Source: Candidatus Spyradenecus sp. (GTDB lineage: Bacteria > Verrucomicrobiota > Verrucomicrobiia > Opitutales > UBA953). Taken from it: a stretch of 64,000 nucleotides of DNA. The translations under genes were made by a program, and so were the position numbers. The notes under the pieces are model-generated. The model worked only from the letters and a program-made list of their open reading frames with translations. It did not search any database and was not told the DNA's origin. This document shows positions 9,831 through 20,096 of this stretch, one piece after another. The first letter of the stretch is position 1. Each line of letters opens with the position of its first letter. The stretch is taken from the NCBI GenBank assembly GCA_045535075.1, contig JAZSKX010000015.1:32001-96000 (forward strand), read 5' to 3'.

Positions 9831-10907
9831 ATGAATACGATTAAAACAGACGATACACGCATTCAGCGCCGCAAGCCGCTTTTGACGCCGGCGTTGCTGA
9901 TTGATGAAATTTGCCCGAGCCCCGACGGACTTCACGTCGTGGAAACCGCCCGCGCCGCCATCAGTGATATTCTTAACGGGAACGACGATCGCCTGATTTT
10001 TATCACGGGTCCGTGCTCTATTCACGACATTGCCGCCGCCAAAGAATACGCGGCACACGCCAAACGTCTCGCCGAAAAATACAAAGACGATTTGCTCGTC
10101 GTTATGCGCACTTACTTTGAAAAACCGCGTACCGTTGTCGGCTGGAAAGGATTGATCAACGACCCGTATATCGACGGCACTTTCCAAATCAACGACGGGC
10201 TTCGCATCGCACGCCGGCTTCTTTGCGATTTGGCGGAATTCGGCGTGCCGAGCGCAACCGAATTTCTCGATCCGATTACGCCGCAATTCCTCGCAGACCT
10301 CGTCTCTTACGGCGCAATCGGCGCGCGCACGACGGAAAGCCAAATCCACCGCGAACTCGCGTCCGGAATGTCCATGCCCATCGGATTTAAAAACGGAACC
10401 GACGGCACGATTCAGGTCGCTATCGATGCCGTTCGCGCGGCTCATCACTCGCATTGGTTCCCGTCGGTTACCAAAGACGGCGTTGTGGCAATTTTTGAAA
10501 CGCAGGGCAATAAAGACTCGCATATCATTTTGCGCGGCGGCTCCCGAACGGGCCCGAATTACGGCCCGGAATTTATCGCCGAATGCGCCGAGAAGCTTGC
10601 GAAAGTTAAGTTGCCGGAAAGCGTTGTCGTCGATTGTTCTCACGGGAACAGCAAAAAAGATTACAAGCGCCAGCCGCAGGTTGCGGCGGAAATCGCCGAA
10701 CAAATTGCCGCGGGAACACGCACGATTGTCGGTGTCATGATCGAAAGCAATCTCGTGGAAGGTCGTCAGGATTACGATTGTTCGCAAAAAGGTTCTTGTG
10801 TTTACGGACAAAGTATCACGGACGCCTGTATCGACGTCGCGGCGACGGAAGCGATTTGCGAAACCCTCGCGACTGCCGTTCGTTCCCGCCGAAGATCCGG
10901 AAAATAG
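9831..10907 (+). CDS. aroG: 3-deoxy-7-phosphoheptulonate (DAHP) synthase, class I-alpha
   Basis: GPCSIHD, RTYFEKPRTVVGWKGLINDP, GARTTESQIHRELASG, DCSHGNS and YGQSITDAC motifs; the aroF/G/H isoform cannot be resolved. Confidence 0.93.
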   Translation: MNTIKTDDTRIQRRKPLLTPALLIDEICPSPDGLHVVETARAAISDILNGNDDRLIFITGPCSIHDIAAAKEYAAHAKRLAEKYKDDLLVVMRTYFEKPRTVVGWKGLINDPYIDGTFQINDGLRIARRLLCDLAEFGVPSATEFLDPITPQFLADLVSYGAIGARTTESQIHRELASGMSMPIGFKNGTDGTIQVAIDAVRAAHHSHWFPSVTKDGVVAIFETQGNKDSHIILRGGSRTGPNYGPEFIAECAEKLAKVKLPESVVVDCSHGNSKKDYKRQPQVAAEIAEQIAAGTRTIVGVMIESNLVEGRQDYDCSQKGSCVYGQSITDACIDVAATEAICETLATAVRSRRRSGK

Positions 10908-11095
10908 AAAACGTCGCGGCGGAAATTTAATCCGAATTGCGGATTGCCGGAAAAACTCGCCGGCTCTTTCCCGTTTTCGAGCGATATTGTGTTCGGAAGC
11001 GGGAATTTGCCGTTTGAAAATTTTTATTAATCTTTAACCGAACACGCTTTTGCGTTAGTTTTTTTACAACACATTTCGAACTTTCTATATAAGCC

Positions 11096-12631
11096 ATGGC
11101 ACTCATTTCTTTTTGCAGCCAACTCATTGCAGACACCGGAATCAGCACCGGAGACGAAGGCAAGGGACGCCTCATTCCCGAAGTCATTCGCGAGCTTCAA
11201 GCCGAAACCGGCAAGCGCGGGATCGTTTCCGTCGTTATGAAAGTGAACGGCGGCGCCAATTCCGGGCACACCGTCGGCGGGCTCAAGCTCAACCTGCTTC
11301 CCGCAGGCGTGATCGAAAAGGATGTTGCCGTGCTCGCCATCGGTGCCGGTGTCGTTGCCGACCCGCGCAAATTCCACTGGGAAGCGCGCCCGCTCGAAAA
11401 GATGGACATCCCGATTTATTCGCGCCTGCGCATCGACGAGCGCACGATGCTCAGCGACGTTTCGCACCGCATGCTCGACCTCGCGTTTGAGGATTACCGC
11501 GTGAACGTCTTGAAGCACCTGCCGCGCGGCTCCACGGGGCGCGGAATCACGCCCGCGTATTGCGACGAAGTAGGGCAGTGGCAAATCACCTACGCGGATT
11601 TTCTCGGACCGAAGGAAGTTTTCGAAGAAAAAATGAACGCGCGCATGGACCGCGCCGAGCGCACGATTGAGCACGTTTGCCGCGTGGCACCGGAGCTTTG
11701 GAGCGAATTTTTCAAAAAACTCACCGCCGCGGAAGTGCGCGGGAACGCGCCCGCCATTAAAGACGGCATTTTCACCGAAGCCGATTTCGACTTCACGCAA
11801 TTCGACGCGGGAACGCCGTTTAAGTTTAACCGCGAAAAAGTGATCGAAGTTTACTGGAACGCCGGGCAGGAGCTCGTTCCCGCGATTTGCGATGTGCGCG
11901 ATCTCGTGCTCGATACGATGAAGCGCGGCGAATACATCATCGGCGAATTCGGGCAGGCTTACTGGCTCGACAAACGCCACGGCTTCCCGCCGAACGTTAC
12001 CGCTTCGCACACCTTTACGCCGGAATTTTTCCAATCCGCCGGCATTCCCGCGCAGCCCGTGCACACGATGGGCTGTTGCAAGGCTTACGACACCAAGGTC
12101 GGTACGCACGTTTTCCTCACGCAGATGGACGACGAACATCCGCTTTGTAGACGCCTGAAGAAGCTTGAATTCGGCGTTGTCTCCGGCCGCCAACGCATGG
12201 TCGGCTGGTGCGACTGCGTGGAAAAGGCAGACGCGCTCCGCTACGGCGGTTATCAGGATTTGGTCATTAATAAGCTCGATGCGCTTTCGCCCGCCGACGA
12301 ATGGCAGGGCGGCGATTTGCTCGTATGCGTCGCCTACAAGGGACCGGACGGAAAAATTTACAAACACGTGCCGCGCAACGACGCGCTGCGCCAGACGCTC
12401 GTTCCCGTCTACGAAACGCTCCCGGGCTGGACGGAAGACATTTCCGGCGTGCGCTCGTTTAACGATCTTCCCGAGAACGCCAAACGCTACATCGCGTTCG
12501 TGATGAAGACCATCGTCGAACTCGCCGACGCTCCCGCGCTCCCGAACCTCCGCTACATCGGCGTAGGCCCGCTCCCCTCCCAAATCATCAAAGACATCCC
12601 CACCACCGAAGAACTCATCAACCTCGTCTAA
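11096..12631 (+). CDS. purA: Adenylosuccinate synthetase
   Basis: [45 protein letters not shown] and LPENAKRYI motifs. Confidence 0.93.
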   Translation: MALISFCSQLIADTGISTGDEGKGRLIPEVIRELQAETGKRGIVSVVMKVNGGANSGHTVGGLKLNLLPAGVIEKDVAVLAIGAGVVADPRKFHWEARPLEKMDIPIYSRLRIDERTMLSDVSHRMLDLAFEDYRVNVLKHLPRGSTGRGITPAYCDEVGQWQITYADFLGPKEVFEEKMNARMDRAERTIEHVCRVAPELWSEFFKKLTAAEVRGNAPAIKDGIFTEADFDFTQFDAGTPFKFNREKVIEVYWNAGQELVPAICDVRDLVLDTMKRGEYIIGEFGQAYWLDKRHGFPPNVTASHTFTPEFFQSAGIPAQPVHTMGCCKAYDTKVGTHVFLTQMDDEHPLCRRLKKLEFGVVSGRQRMVGWCDCVEKADALRYGGYQDLVINKLDALSPADEWQGGDLLVCVAYKGPDGKIYKHVPRNDALRQTLVPVYETLPGWTEDISGVRSFNDLPENAKRYIAFVMKTIVELADAPALPNLRYIGVGPLPSQIIKDIPTTEELINLV

Positions 12632-12669
12632 CGCGGGAACGCTGTTTTTACTTTGACGTTTTTGCAATT

Positions 12670-14520
12670 ATGGCTGAGAAAAAGAAAGAACAGTGTATAA
12701 ATCAGCACTGCGTGCTTATTGGAACGTATAGGTCTGGACAATTTGAATCTTGGCAAGGGTATTACAATTACCCGATTTCAGAGCAGGATGATATGAGTTC
12801 AGACCTGTATTCCATGATTGATGAGTTATGGCTTTTTTCTGGAAAAAAATCTCCGCTTTTTAGAAAAGCTCAATTTGTAGGGGTAAAGAGCAGAAATGAG
12901 TTAGTAAGGGATTACGGATATACTCCAAAAGGGGAAGGGCATGGAAAAAAGTATTTGCTCTTCAAAACAAAGCCTACGTATCTGCCGTCTAATTCGATTT
13001 CTAAAAAAGTGATTATTCGGGCCAAAGATTTCGCGCGGACACCTAGTGTAGCGAAGAAGATAAAGATTCTTCTCGCGTCTGATGATCGAAAGGATCAACC
13101 ATTGCTGGCTCAATTGCCAGAGGTGCTTTTGACCATTCCTCCAGAACGACTTTGTGTTTGTGAGGCAGCTTTTCAGATGGATTTTCTTGCCCAAATTTTC
13201 TCACCAAGAATAATATCAGTAAAAAAGAAACCCATTGCGAAAAAATGTGTAAAGTTTATTGACCTTTTTGCTGGTATTGGGGGAATTCGCAAAGGTTTTG
13301 AAATTGCCGCATCAGAGGAGGGGTTTGACTCTCAGTGTGTTTTTACGTCAGAAATCAAGCCGCATGCGGTAAAAGTTTTGATGCAGAATCATCCTGAGGA
13401 AGAGATTTATGGCGATATAACTTGTATTAACGCTGATGATATTCCAGACTTCGACTTCTTACTGGCAGGTTTCCCGTGTCAGGCGTTTTCTTCTGCAGGA
13501 AAGCGTCTCGGGTTTCAGGATACACGCGGAACGTTGTTCTTTGATGTTGAGCGAATCCTAAAAGCGAAAAAACCTAAGGGGTTCATTTTGGAAAATGTCG
13601 AAGGTTTGGTAAACCACGACAAGAGAAACCCGAATGATCGAATTGGAAATACCTTATCCACGGTTCTCGAACATTTAAGAGATTTAGGTTATAAAGTTGC
13701 GTGGCGTGTTTTGAATGCGAAGGATTTTGGTGTTCCCCAGGATCGGAAGCGGATTTACATTGTTGGCACGAAGGACTCTACTCCAGATCTGGAGAACTTT
13801 GAAGAAAAACACGCTATTGTTGAAGATGTTCTTGAATGTGGTCTTCCTCCCCAAAAAAGCCGATTCATAGATCTATTGCTTTCTCACTATAGCTTGGAAG
13901 AGCTTCATGGACGTTCTGTGAAAGATAAGCGGGGTGGTGAGAATAACATCCATAGCTGGGATATCGAATATAAGGGGGCTGTCTCCGTGAAAGAAAAGGC
14001 TCTTCTTAATGCAATACTTCGAGAAAGGCGCAAAAAGAAGTGGGCGGAAATATACGGCATTGATTGGATGGATGGAATGCCTCTTACAATTGACATGATT
14101 CGCTCTTTTTTTGACGTTCCTGGATTGACTGAAATGCTAAAAGATCTGGTAGAAAAAAAATATTTGAAGTATGAGCATCCTAAACGGAAAAGTGGTCATT
14201 CGCGGATTCAGGATTCGACTTTGCCGAAAGGATACAACATCGTCGCAGGAAAAATGTCTTTTGAAGTGAGCAAGGTGCTTGATCCTAAGGACGTTGCTCC
14301 GACATTGGTTGCAATGGATATGCAGCATCTTTTTGTTCCAGACTCTGGAGGAATTCGTCAGCTTTCTCTTCGTGAGGGGTTGAGATTCTTCGGATATCCT
14401 GAAAGTTTTAAATTTGATGTGGATCTCCATTCTGGCTATGACCTTTTAGGAAACACGGTCGTTGTTCCTGTTATTACATCCGTTGCAAATCGCGTTTTTA
14501 AAGCAATTAAACATTTGTAG
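12670..14520 (+). CDS. C5-cytosine DNA methyltransferase (NgoBV/NlaIV-like) with extra N-terminal domain
   Basis: DLFAGIGG, AGFPCQAFS, LENVEGL, PQDRKRIYIVG, KDKRGGENNIHSWD and LGNTV motifs; AT-rich DNA. Confidence 0.92.
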   Translation: MAEKKKEQCINQHCVLIGTYRSGQFESWQGYYNYPISEQDDMSSDLYSMIDELWLFSGKKSPLFRKAQFVGVKSRNELVRDYGYTPKGEGHGKKYLLFKTKPTYLPSNSISKKVIIRAKDFARTPSVAKKIKILLASDDRKDQPLLAQLPEVLLTIPPERLCVCEAAFQMDFLAQIFSPRIISVKKKPIAKKCVKFIDLFAGIGGIRKGFEIAASEEGFDSQCVFTSEIKPHAVKVLMQNHPEEEIYGDITCINADDIPDFDFLLAGFPCQAFSSAGKRLGFQDTRGTLFFDVERILKAKKPKGFILENVEGLVNHDKRNPNDRIGNTLSTVLEHLRDLGYKVAWRVLNAKDFGVPQDRKRIYIVGTKDSTPDLENFEEKHAIVEDVLECGLPPQKSRFIDLLLSHYSLEELHGRSVKDKRGGENNIHSWDIEYKGAVSVKEKALLNAILRERRKKKWAEIYGIDWMDGMPLTIDMIRSFFDVPGLTEMLKDLVEKKYLKYEHPKRKSGHSRIQDSTLPKGYNIVAGKMSFEVSKVLDPKDVAPTLVAMDMQHLFVPDSGGIRQLSLREGLRFFGYPESFKFDVDLHSGYDLLGNTVVVPVITSVANRVFKAIKHL

Positions 14521-14522
14521 AT

Positions 14523-15257
14523 ATGAAAATACTCGCTGCACAAGAAATTTACAGTAAGTTGATCAATGAAGATTGCATCTTAACTCTGAAAGGGCAGATT
14601 CAATTTCATCTTGGAGATGTTGGTATTGTTGTCCGCCAGAAAGATGTCGTGGGAAATATTATTCAGGAGTGGCTTCAGGGTTGGATGGAAAAAAGCGGAA
14701 TTGCGTATACGCTCAATTCAAACTCTCAGATGCCTCCTGATTTTTTCTTAAATCCTAACGACAAAACTCGTTCTCTCTTGGAGGTCAAGGCATTTAATCG
14801 TGATTCTACGCCTGGTTTTGACATTGCGGATTTTAGAATGTACAGCGAAGAAATCATAGAAAAACCCTATATGTTGGATGCGGACTATCTTATTTTTGGC
14901 TATCGCATGAATCCTAATGGGGTGGTGACGATAAAGGATTTGTGGTTGAAGAAAGTTTGGCAGATAACTCGACGTATGGGGAATTGGCCACTAAATCTCC
15001 AAGTGAAGGCTAAAGTTGTTCATAAAATTCGCCCAGGAGTTTGGTATAGGACTCCGAATAAGTTTAAAATGTTTGAATCATTGGAAGATTTTATTTCTGC
15101 TGTGAATCATACAGTTTGGCAAAACCCTAAAACAAAAGAGTCTTCTGGGACTTGGCTGGTGAACTTTATAAAGGCGTATAAATCTTTTTACGGAAAAAAG
15201 CTTAGAATTCCTCGTTGGGAGGATATTGAAGATAAATATTTGGTCGGTAATTCCTGA
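14523..15257 (+). CDS. NgoBV-family type II restriction endonuclease
   Basis: QKDVVGNIIQEWL, PPDFFL, LEVKAFN..PGFDIADF, KKVWQI and HKIRPG match the RE_NgoBV family as recalled; starts 2 nt after the MTase. Confidence 0.82.
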   Translation: MKILAAQEIYSKLINEDCILTLKGQIQFHLGDVGIVVRQKDVVGNIIQEWLQGWMEKSGIAYTLNSNSQMPPDFFLNPNDKTRSLLEVKAFNRDSTPGFDIADFRMYSEEIIEKPYMLDADYLIFGYRMNPNGVVTIKDLWLKKVWQITRRMGNWPLNLQVKAKVVHKIRPGVWYRTPNKFKMFESLEDFISAVNHTVWQNPKTKESSGTWLVNFIKAYKSFYGKKLRIPRWEDIEDKYLVGNS

Positions 15258-15282
15258 TTAGAAATTTCGTTATTTGTACTTT

Positions 15283-16977
15283 ATGAAAATTAGCAAAATC
15301 AAAGTTAAAAATTTTCGGTCAATACAAGATGCGGAAATAAGTGTTTCAAATTTAAATATTTTTGTTGGGCAAAATAATAGCGGGAAGACAAATTTATTTG
15401 AAGCCCTTGATTTCTTCTTTAATGGAGTCGGAAGAGGGGTTGATTTAATAGATTTAAAATATAAAAAGCATGATGAGTTAACGCTCTCTGTCGAAGTTGA
15501 ATTTAAAGGGGCTCAAGATGGACTTGCTAAAATGCAGAACGAGAAAAACAAGGCGACTCTTGAGAGAAAGATAGGTGGGAGTGATTGTGTTACACTAATT
15601 CGGCGTTCCGATGATCCCAAAAAACGTCAGATGATTGTTAATGGAGAGGAAGTGACTCCAGGTACCGGCTTTGATGCTGCTGTAAATGACTTTTTGCCCA
15701 AATTTGAGTATATAAATACGAAGCAGTACTACGATGCGGTTGCAAAATATTCAAAGACAACTCCGATGGGGATTATGCTTTCAGGAGTCTTATCTGCAAT
15801 CTTGGAGAATGACCCTCAGTACCAAAAGTTTCAGAAAACATTTCATGATCTTTTTGATGGGGAGGATTCAGGTATCAAAGCGAAGTTTGAACAAGTTGGC
15901 GTGGATGTAAAAGGGTATTTGGCAAAGCAGTTTCCGGATACAAAGAGAGTCCGATTCGAGGTACTCCCTCCTTTATTTGATGATTTGTTGAAAAATTTCA
16001 CAACGAGTGTTGATGACGGCGTTGAGACGTTTGCAGAAGATAAGGGAGATGGGATGCAGCGAGCGTTAATGCTCGCCATAATTCAAGTATACGCAGATTT
16101 TCGAAAACAGGGGGTAGATGCGGGAAAATCATTTTTATTTTTTATCGATGAGGCGGAACTTCACTTGCATCCTACAGCGCAAAGAAAATTGAAAGATGTT
16201 TTGGCGGAACTTTCTTGTAGCTCTGATCAGGTTTTTGTTAATACGCATTCGTCTGTTTTTGTTGCGGATGATTGTAGCGGACAAACAATTTTTAAGGTTG
16301 AGAAGTTGGAGGGGAGGACAGAGATAGAGATGATTGGCGACCAACAAAAGTTTGGCTTGGTGTTCGAGCTTCTTGGCGGGACTCCTGGTGATTTGCTGCT
16401 TCCACAAAATTTTTTGATTGTAGAAGGTGCTAGTGAAGTTGAATTACTAACGCGAGTCATTGGTCGGTTTTACTCGGACAAGCCTAAAATTCAGATTTTA
16501 GATGCACACGGTGATACAGGCCAGGTTGAGCGTTCCATTAACGCAATCGAGAAACTTTTCAATCCTTTGGATAAAACAATTTATGGAGACAAGTTGGTTG
16601 TTCTAATTGATTCTCCAAGCCCTGAGAGAGAAGCTGGTGTAAAACAGTTCAAAAAAGATCATAAGTCGCTAGTGAAAAGCGACCGCCTTTTTGTTTTGCC
16701 AAAGAGAGATGTTGAGCAGTGCTATCCTGATAGGTCTGATTCTATTTATGGGAGGTGGTTAAAAACACAGGGGGAAGTTGATAATATGAGCGGGAAACAA
16801 AAAAGGAATCTCGCCAAACACGTTGGGGGTAACATAACGCAGGAGGAATTTGAAACTGCATTAGGAGTCTGTTTTTGTGCACTGCAGAAATGTTGGAGAC
16901 TTTCGTTTTGCACAGACAATGGATCGGGTGAGCAGAGGAGCGCGTTCCCGCAATATGTAGCGGGAGAGGAGTCGTGA
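15283..16977 (+). CDS. OLD-family ATP-dependent nuclease (ABC ATPase + TOPRIM)
   Basis: KNFRSI, Walker A GQNNSGKT, signature GDGMQR, Walker B FIDEAELHLHP, NTHSS and TOPRIM IVEGASE. Confidence 0.85.
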   Translation: MKISKIKVKNFRSIQDAEISVSNLNIFVGQNNSGKTNLFEALDFFFNGVGRGVDLIDLKYKKHDELTLSVEVEFKGAQDGLAKMQNEKNKATLERKIGGSDCVTLIRRSDDPKKRQMIVNGEEVTPGTGFDAAVNDFLPKFEYINTKQYYDAVAKYSKTTPMGIMLSGVLSAILENDPQYQKFQKTFHDLFDGEDSGIKAKFEQVGVDVKGYLAKQFPDTKRVRFEVLPPLFDDLLKNFTTSVDDGVETFAEDKGDGMQRALMLAIIQVYADFRKQGVDAGKSFLFFIDEAELHLHPTAQRKLKDVLAELSCSSDQVFVNTHSSVFVADDCSGQTIFKVEKLEGRTEIEMIGDQQKFGLVFELLGGTPGDLLLPQNFLIVEGASEVELLTRVIGRFYSDKPKIQILDAHGDTGQVERSINAIEKLFNPLDKTIYGDKLVVLIDSPSPEREAGVKQFKKDHKSLVKSDRLFVLPKRDVEQCYPDRSDSIYGRWLKTQGEVDNMSGKQKRNLAKHVGGNITQEEFETALGVCFCALQKCWRLSFCTDNGSGEQRSAFPQYVAGEES

Positions 16978-17001
16978 TACCAAGCCAGGAGCTAAAATAG
17001 T

Positions 17002-17697
17002 CTACTTAAATCGAATTTGAAGATTTAGTTTTAGGTGAAAATTTCCATTTTTGTCTTTTCTTATTTTCCCAAATTGGAGAGCAGGATCGTTCGGCGTTTC
17101 TAGCATTGTCGCTCTTGAAAGGTATTTATCAAATTGGGGAGAATGGGAAATTAGCGTTTCCTGCTGAAGATTAGATTTCCCGACGAGAGTGTAATCTTTC
17201 GTCATTTTATATAATCCGTTCCATGTTTGATTCGAAGTCAAGCCAAGTGCAATACAGGATAAGAATTGTGTGAGTTTGTATGTGTAAAAATTTTTTGTAT
17301 TAAAGGGAAGCCTGAGTGGATTTTTATCGTCTATCTTTTTAGCAAGTTCTTGAAAATCATTCGTTCCTGTAGTGAAAAATTCGAGAATTAGATCTCCAAG
17401 AATTTTGGCTAAAAAAGATTTAACGAGCATCAAGTTCGAATTGAATGTTTTGTTCTCGATATGAGAGAAAATGATTTTTGCGTCGAGAACCTGAATGTAT
17501 GGTATTCTGTCTTCAATGGAGATTGCATTTATTTCTTCGAGCTCTCTTTTTGAAAAATTTCTTCCAAGAACCTTGTAGGTAAAAGCCGTTTCCCGAGTGG
17601 CTTCGAAAAATATTTGACGACCCTTGCTTCGGAATTTGATTTTGATATTTGATTTTTCGTCGTTGGAATAGCTGTCGTGATTCATACTGACAAGCAT
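17002..17697 (-). pseudogene. Degenerate, N-terminally truncated HpaII-family restriction endonuclease-like ORF
   Basis: NPL..FYTYKL..FL..IALG..WNG..LET..FG..KLNLQIRF resembles the RE_HpaII C-terminus; only about 230 aa, no cognate MTase adjacent. Confidence 0.6.
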
Positions 17698-17931
17698 TCC
17701 GGATTTGCGTTCCCGTGTCCGGGATATTTTGCGGGAATCCAGCGATCTTTGACGGCGGCGGGAACGCAGGCTTGTTTTTTGTAAGGATTTTTTCGGGGAC
17801 TCATCGGAGGAAATTTTACCGACAGAGTATTCCGGGAAAGGCGTGAATTGTCCGGGGGATTTTTTCGTTTCTACGGGAACGGGAATAAAATCTCGCATGA
17901 GGTAGGATTTTTTGCCGAAAACATAGTGACG

Positions 17932-18589
17932 ATGGCTCACAACGACGGAGAAAATTTGATTCTTTACCGGACGGCGGGCGGTAGGGCGGAGGTCGCACTT
18001 TATGTCTGTGACGGGAACGTTTGGTTGACGCAACAACAGATGGTGAACTTTTGCCTCCTCGAAGCAAAATGTAGGGCAACACATTGCCAATCTCTTTGCT
18101 GAAGCGGAATTGGACGAAAATTCAGTTGTAAAGAAATTCTTTACAACTGCCGCTGACGGGAAGAAATACAATGTGTTGTACTACTCGTTGGAAGTTATTT
18201 TAGCGGTAGGATTTCGTGTGCGCGGCGTCCGCGGAACGCAGTTTAGACAGTGGGCGAATCGTCATTTGCGAAACTTTCTCGTTAAGGGGTTTGTTATTGA
18301 TTCCGGGCGTCTTAAAAATCCGGATGGGAGACCGGATTATTTTGACGAATTACTTGCGAGCATTCGCGATATTCGAGCCTCTGAAAAACGGTTTTATCAG
18401 AAATCCGGGATTTGTTTGCGCTTAGCAGTGATTACGAAAAAACAGACAAGTCGGCGCAGATGTTTTTTGCAGAAACGCAGAATGAGTTGCTTTTTGCCGT
18501 TACGGGAAAAACAGCGGGGAAACGGGGCTGCGTGCTTGAAAGATTTTTATGGGAGAAAAGACAATTCGGAGGGTGACCTTCGCTCCTAA
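17932..18589 (+). pseudogene. rhuM: Frameshifted RhuM-family gene
   Basis: Pieces in different frames: LILYRT..VWLTQQQM; NSVVKKFFTTAADGKKY..GFRVRGVRGTQFRQWA..IRDIRASEKRFYQK; IRDLFALSSDY..FFAETQN. Confidence 0.85.
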
Positions 18590-18595
18590 TAAAGA

Positions 18596-19276
18596 ATGGA
18601 CGTCCAAGAACCTGTAAATTCTAAAACCTTAAATCAACTTTATAACGAGCTTTGGAGTGCATACGAAAAAGACGATCGGGAGTTGGTTATTCGCGCTATT
18701 GGTAAAATCGGCTGTGCACTTCCGGACATCCCGGGGCAGGCGTTAGACGTGACGCGTCAAATTTTCATGTCTCACGGGCAAGTAATGGTGGAGACGAATA
18801 TTTACTTGGTTTTTGGGGAAGAATTAAAGTGGAATGTTCAAGGATACCTGACTGCGATGGAGAGAGTCTTGCGGGAAGAAGATGAGACATTCTTTTCGAT
18901 CGAAGCTTTCGGGAAGTTGTTTGAAAATGCCGTAAAGTTTGAGGGGAAACAAAAACTTTACGAGCGGGAAGGCAAAACTCTAACCGTCGCCGGCTTGCTC
19001 TCTGTCGTGGAGTACGGGGTGCGGGCGTTTTATACGTTTGGTCCGGAAAAAGCGGCGGCGTATACGGAGGAAGTCGTTTCCGTGTTAAAAGAAATCCGTT
19101 CTTCGCTTCAAAACGAAAGCGGGGCTCAAAAACCTTTAAATCGTCAACTCCACGAAACGGTGGAATACTTTCGAAATCTCGTAAAACCGAACTTGGAAAA
19201 GGAAACGCATCGACGGGCGGAGGAGGGAATTTCGGCTTTGGTTGATTTAGCGATAGATTTCTTTTGTTGGCGATAG
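18596..19276 (+). CDS. Hypothetical helical protein
   Basis: 226-aa ATG-initiated ORF with no recognised motif. Confidence 0.6.
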   Translation: MDVQEPVNSKTLNQLYNELWSAYEKDDRELVIRAIGKIGCALPDIPGQALDVTRQIFMSHGQVMVETNIYLVFGEELKWNVQGYLTAMERVLREEDETFFSIEAFGKLFENAVKFEGKQKLYEREGKTLTVAGLLSVVEYGVRAFYTFGPEKAAAYTEEVVSVLKEIRSSLQNESGAQKPLNRQLHETVEYFRNLVKPNLEKETHRRAEEGISALVDLAIDFFCWR

Positions 19277-19277
19277 C

Positions 19278-19991
19278 CTAATAGATTATTAAGTCGCAAC
19301 AAATGTTTCTGTGGAATTCAAAGTTCAGAGCTTCCACGTCGTCGTTGTTTGCAGATTCAAGATTTTTAGCACCCTCTTCCGCGTAATTACAGATAGTTTC
19401 ACGGAGCGAGCGATTGTGATTCCATAGGTAGTTCATGATACGCGAAAGCTCGGCAAGAAGAAATTTGGCATGTTGCAGACAAAGATTGTAGGCAGGGGTA
19501 AGTTCTCCGCGTGCACGGATGAAGTAGTTTATGTCATTCATGCTTTTTACAAAGCTATCTATCATTGTAAAGATACGTTCCCGCGCTTTACTGCTTCTTT
19601 TTTGCCTGATTTCGGAAATGACCAGTTCGCGTTCCCTCAAGTGCGGAAATGCTTTGGCAAAAGCATTGATTCGTTTCCGGAGTTCTCTTTCCGGCATTTG
19701 AGTTGAGAGTTTTTTCCATCGGGAAATATCGTTTTTCTCTGCATTAAGAAGTGCAAGAGCGACGAGATGTTTACAGAATTTACCGGATTGTCCGACGGGG
19801 CAAGAGCAAGAGTAGGAGATATTTCCTGTTCTGCTACGAGATATGTTGGCGGTGTAGTCTTTTCTTCCGGAAACAACGGCAGAAAGCTTCGTGTGGGAGC
19901 GTCTTTTTATATCAACATTGTTCAGATAGCACTCTCCTCTCTTGAAAAATCGTTCTTCCGTAAGATTTTTAATTTCGCGTAGTGTCAGCAT
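19278..19991 (-). CDS. SWIM zinc-finger domain protein
   Basis: F.RG..Y, V.G...Y and CSCP..GKFCKHLVA pattern. Confidence 0.8.
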   Translation of the reverse strand: MLTLREIKNLTEERFFKRGECYLNNVDIKRRSHTKLSAVVSGRKDYTANISRSRTGNISYSCSCPVGQSGKFCKHLVALALLNAEKNDISRWKKLSTQMPERELRKRINAFAKAFPHLRERELVISEIRQKRSSKARERIFTMIDSFVKSMNDINYFIRARGELTPAYNLCLQHAKFLLAELSRIMNYLWNHNRSLRETICNYAEEGAKNLESANNDDVEALNFEFHRNICCDLIIY

Positions 19992-20096
19992 CGTGTAGAT
20001 CTTTCGAATTATACAAGGGATATTTAAATTAAGTCTTTTGCAATACTAAATAAGTTTGAGAAGACGTAGCGGATTTATGTTCCCGCGGGAACGCGA

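Noticed and set aside
11027..12667. Long antisense ORFs (also 2600-3823, 9828-10811, 53788-55428, 60850-62052)
   Set aside because: They lie opposite well-supported genes and show no family motifs.
15283..16977. Gabija or retron system
   Set aside because: No UvrD-like GajB and no reverse transcriptase nearby.
17698..18171. N-terminal part of the 389-aa minus-strand ORF
   Set aside because: It is antisense to the rhuM pseudogene and intergenic DNA; only the distal ~230 aa look like protein.
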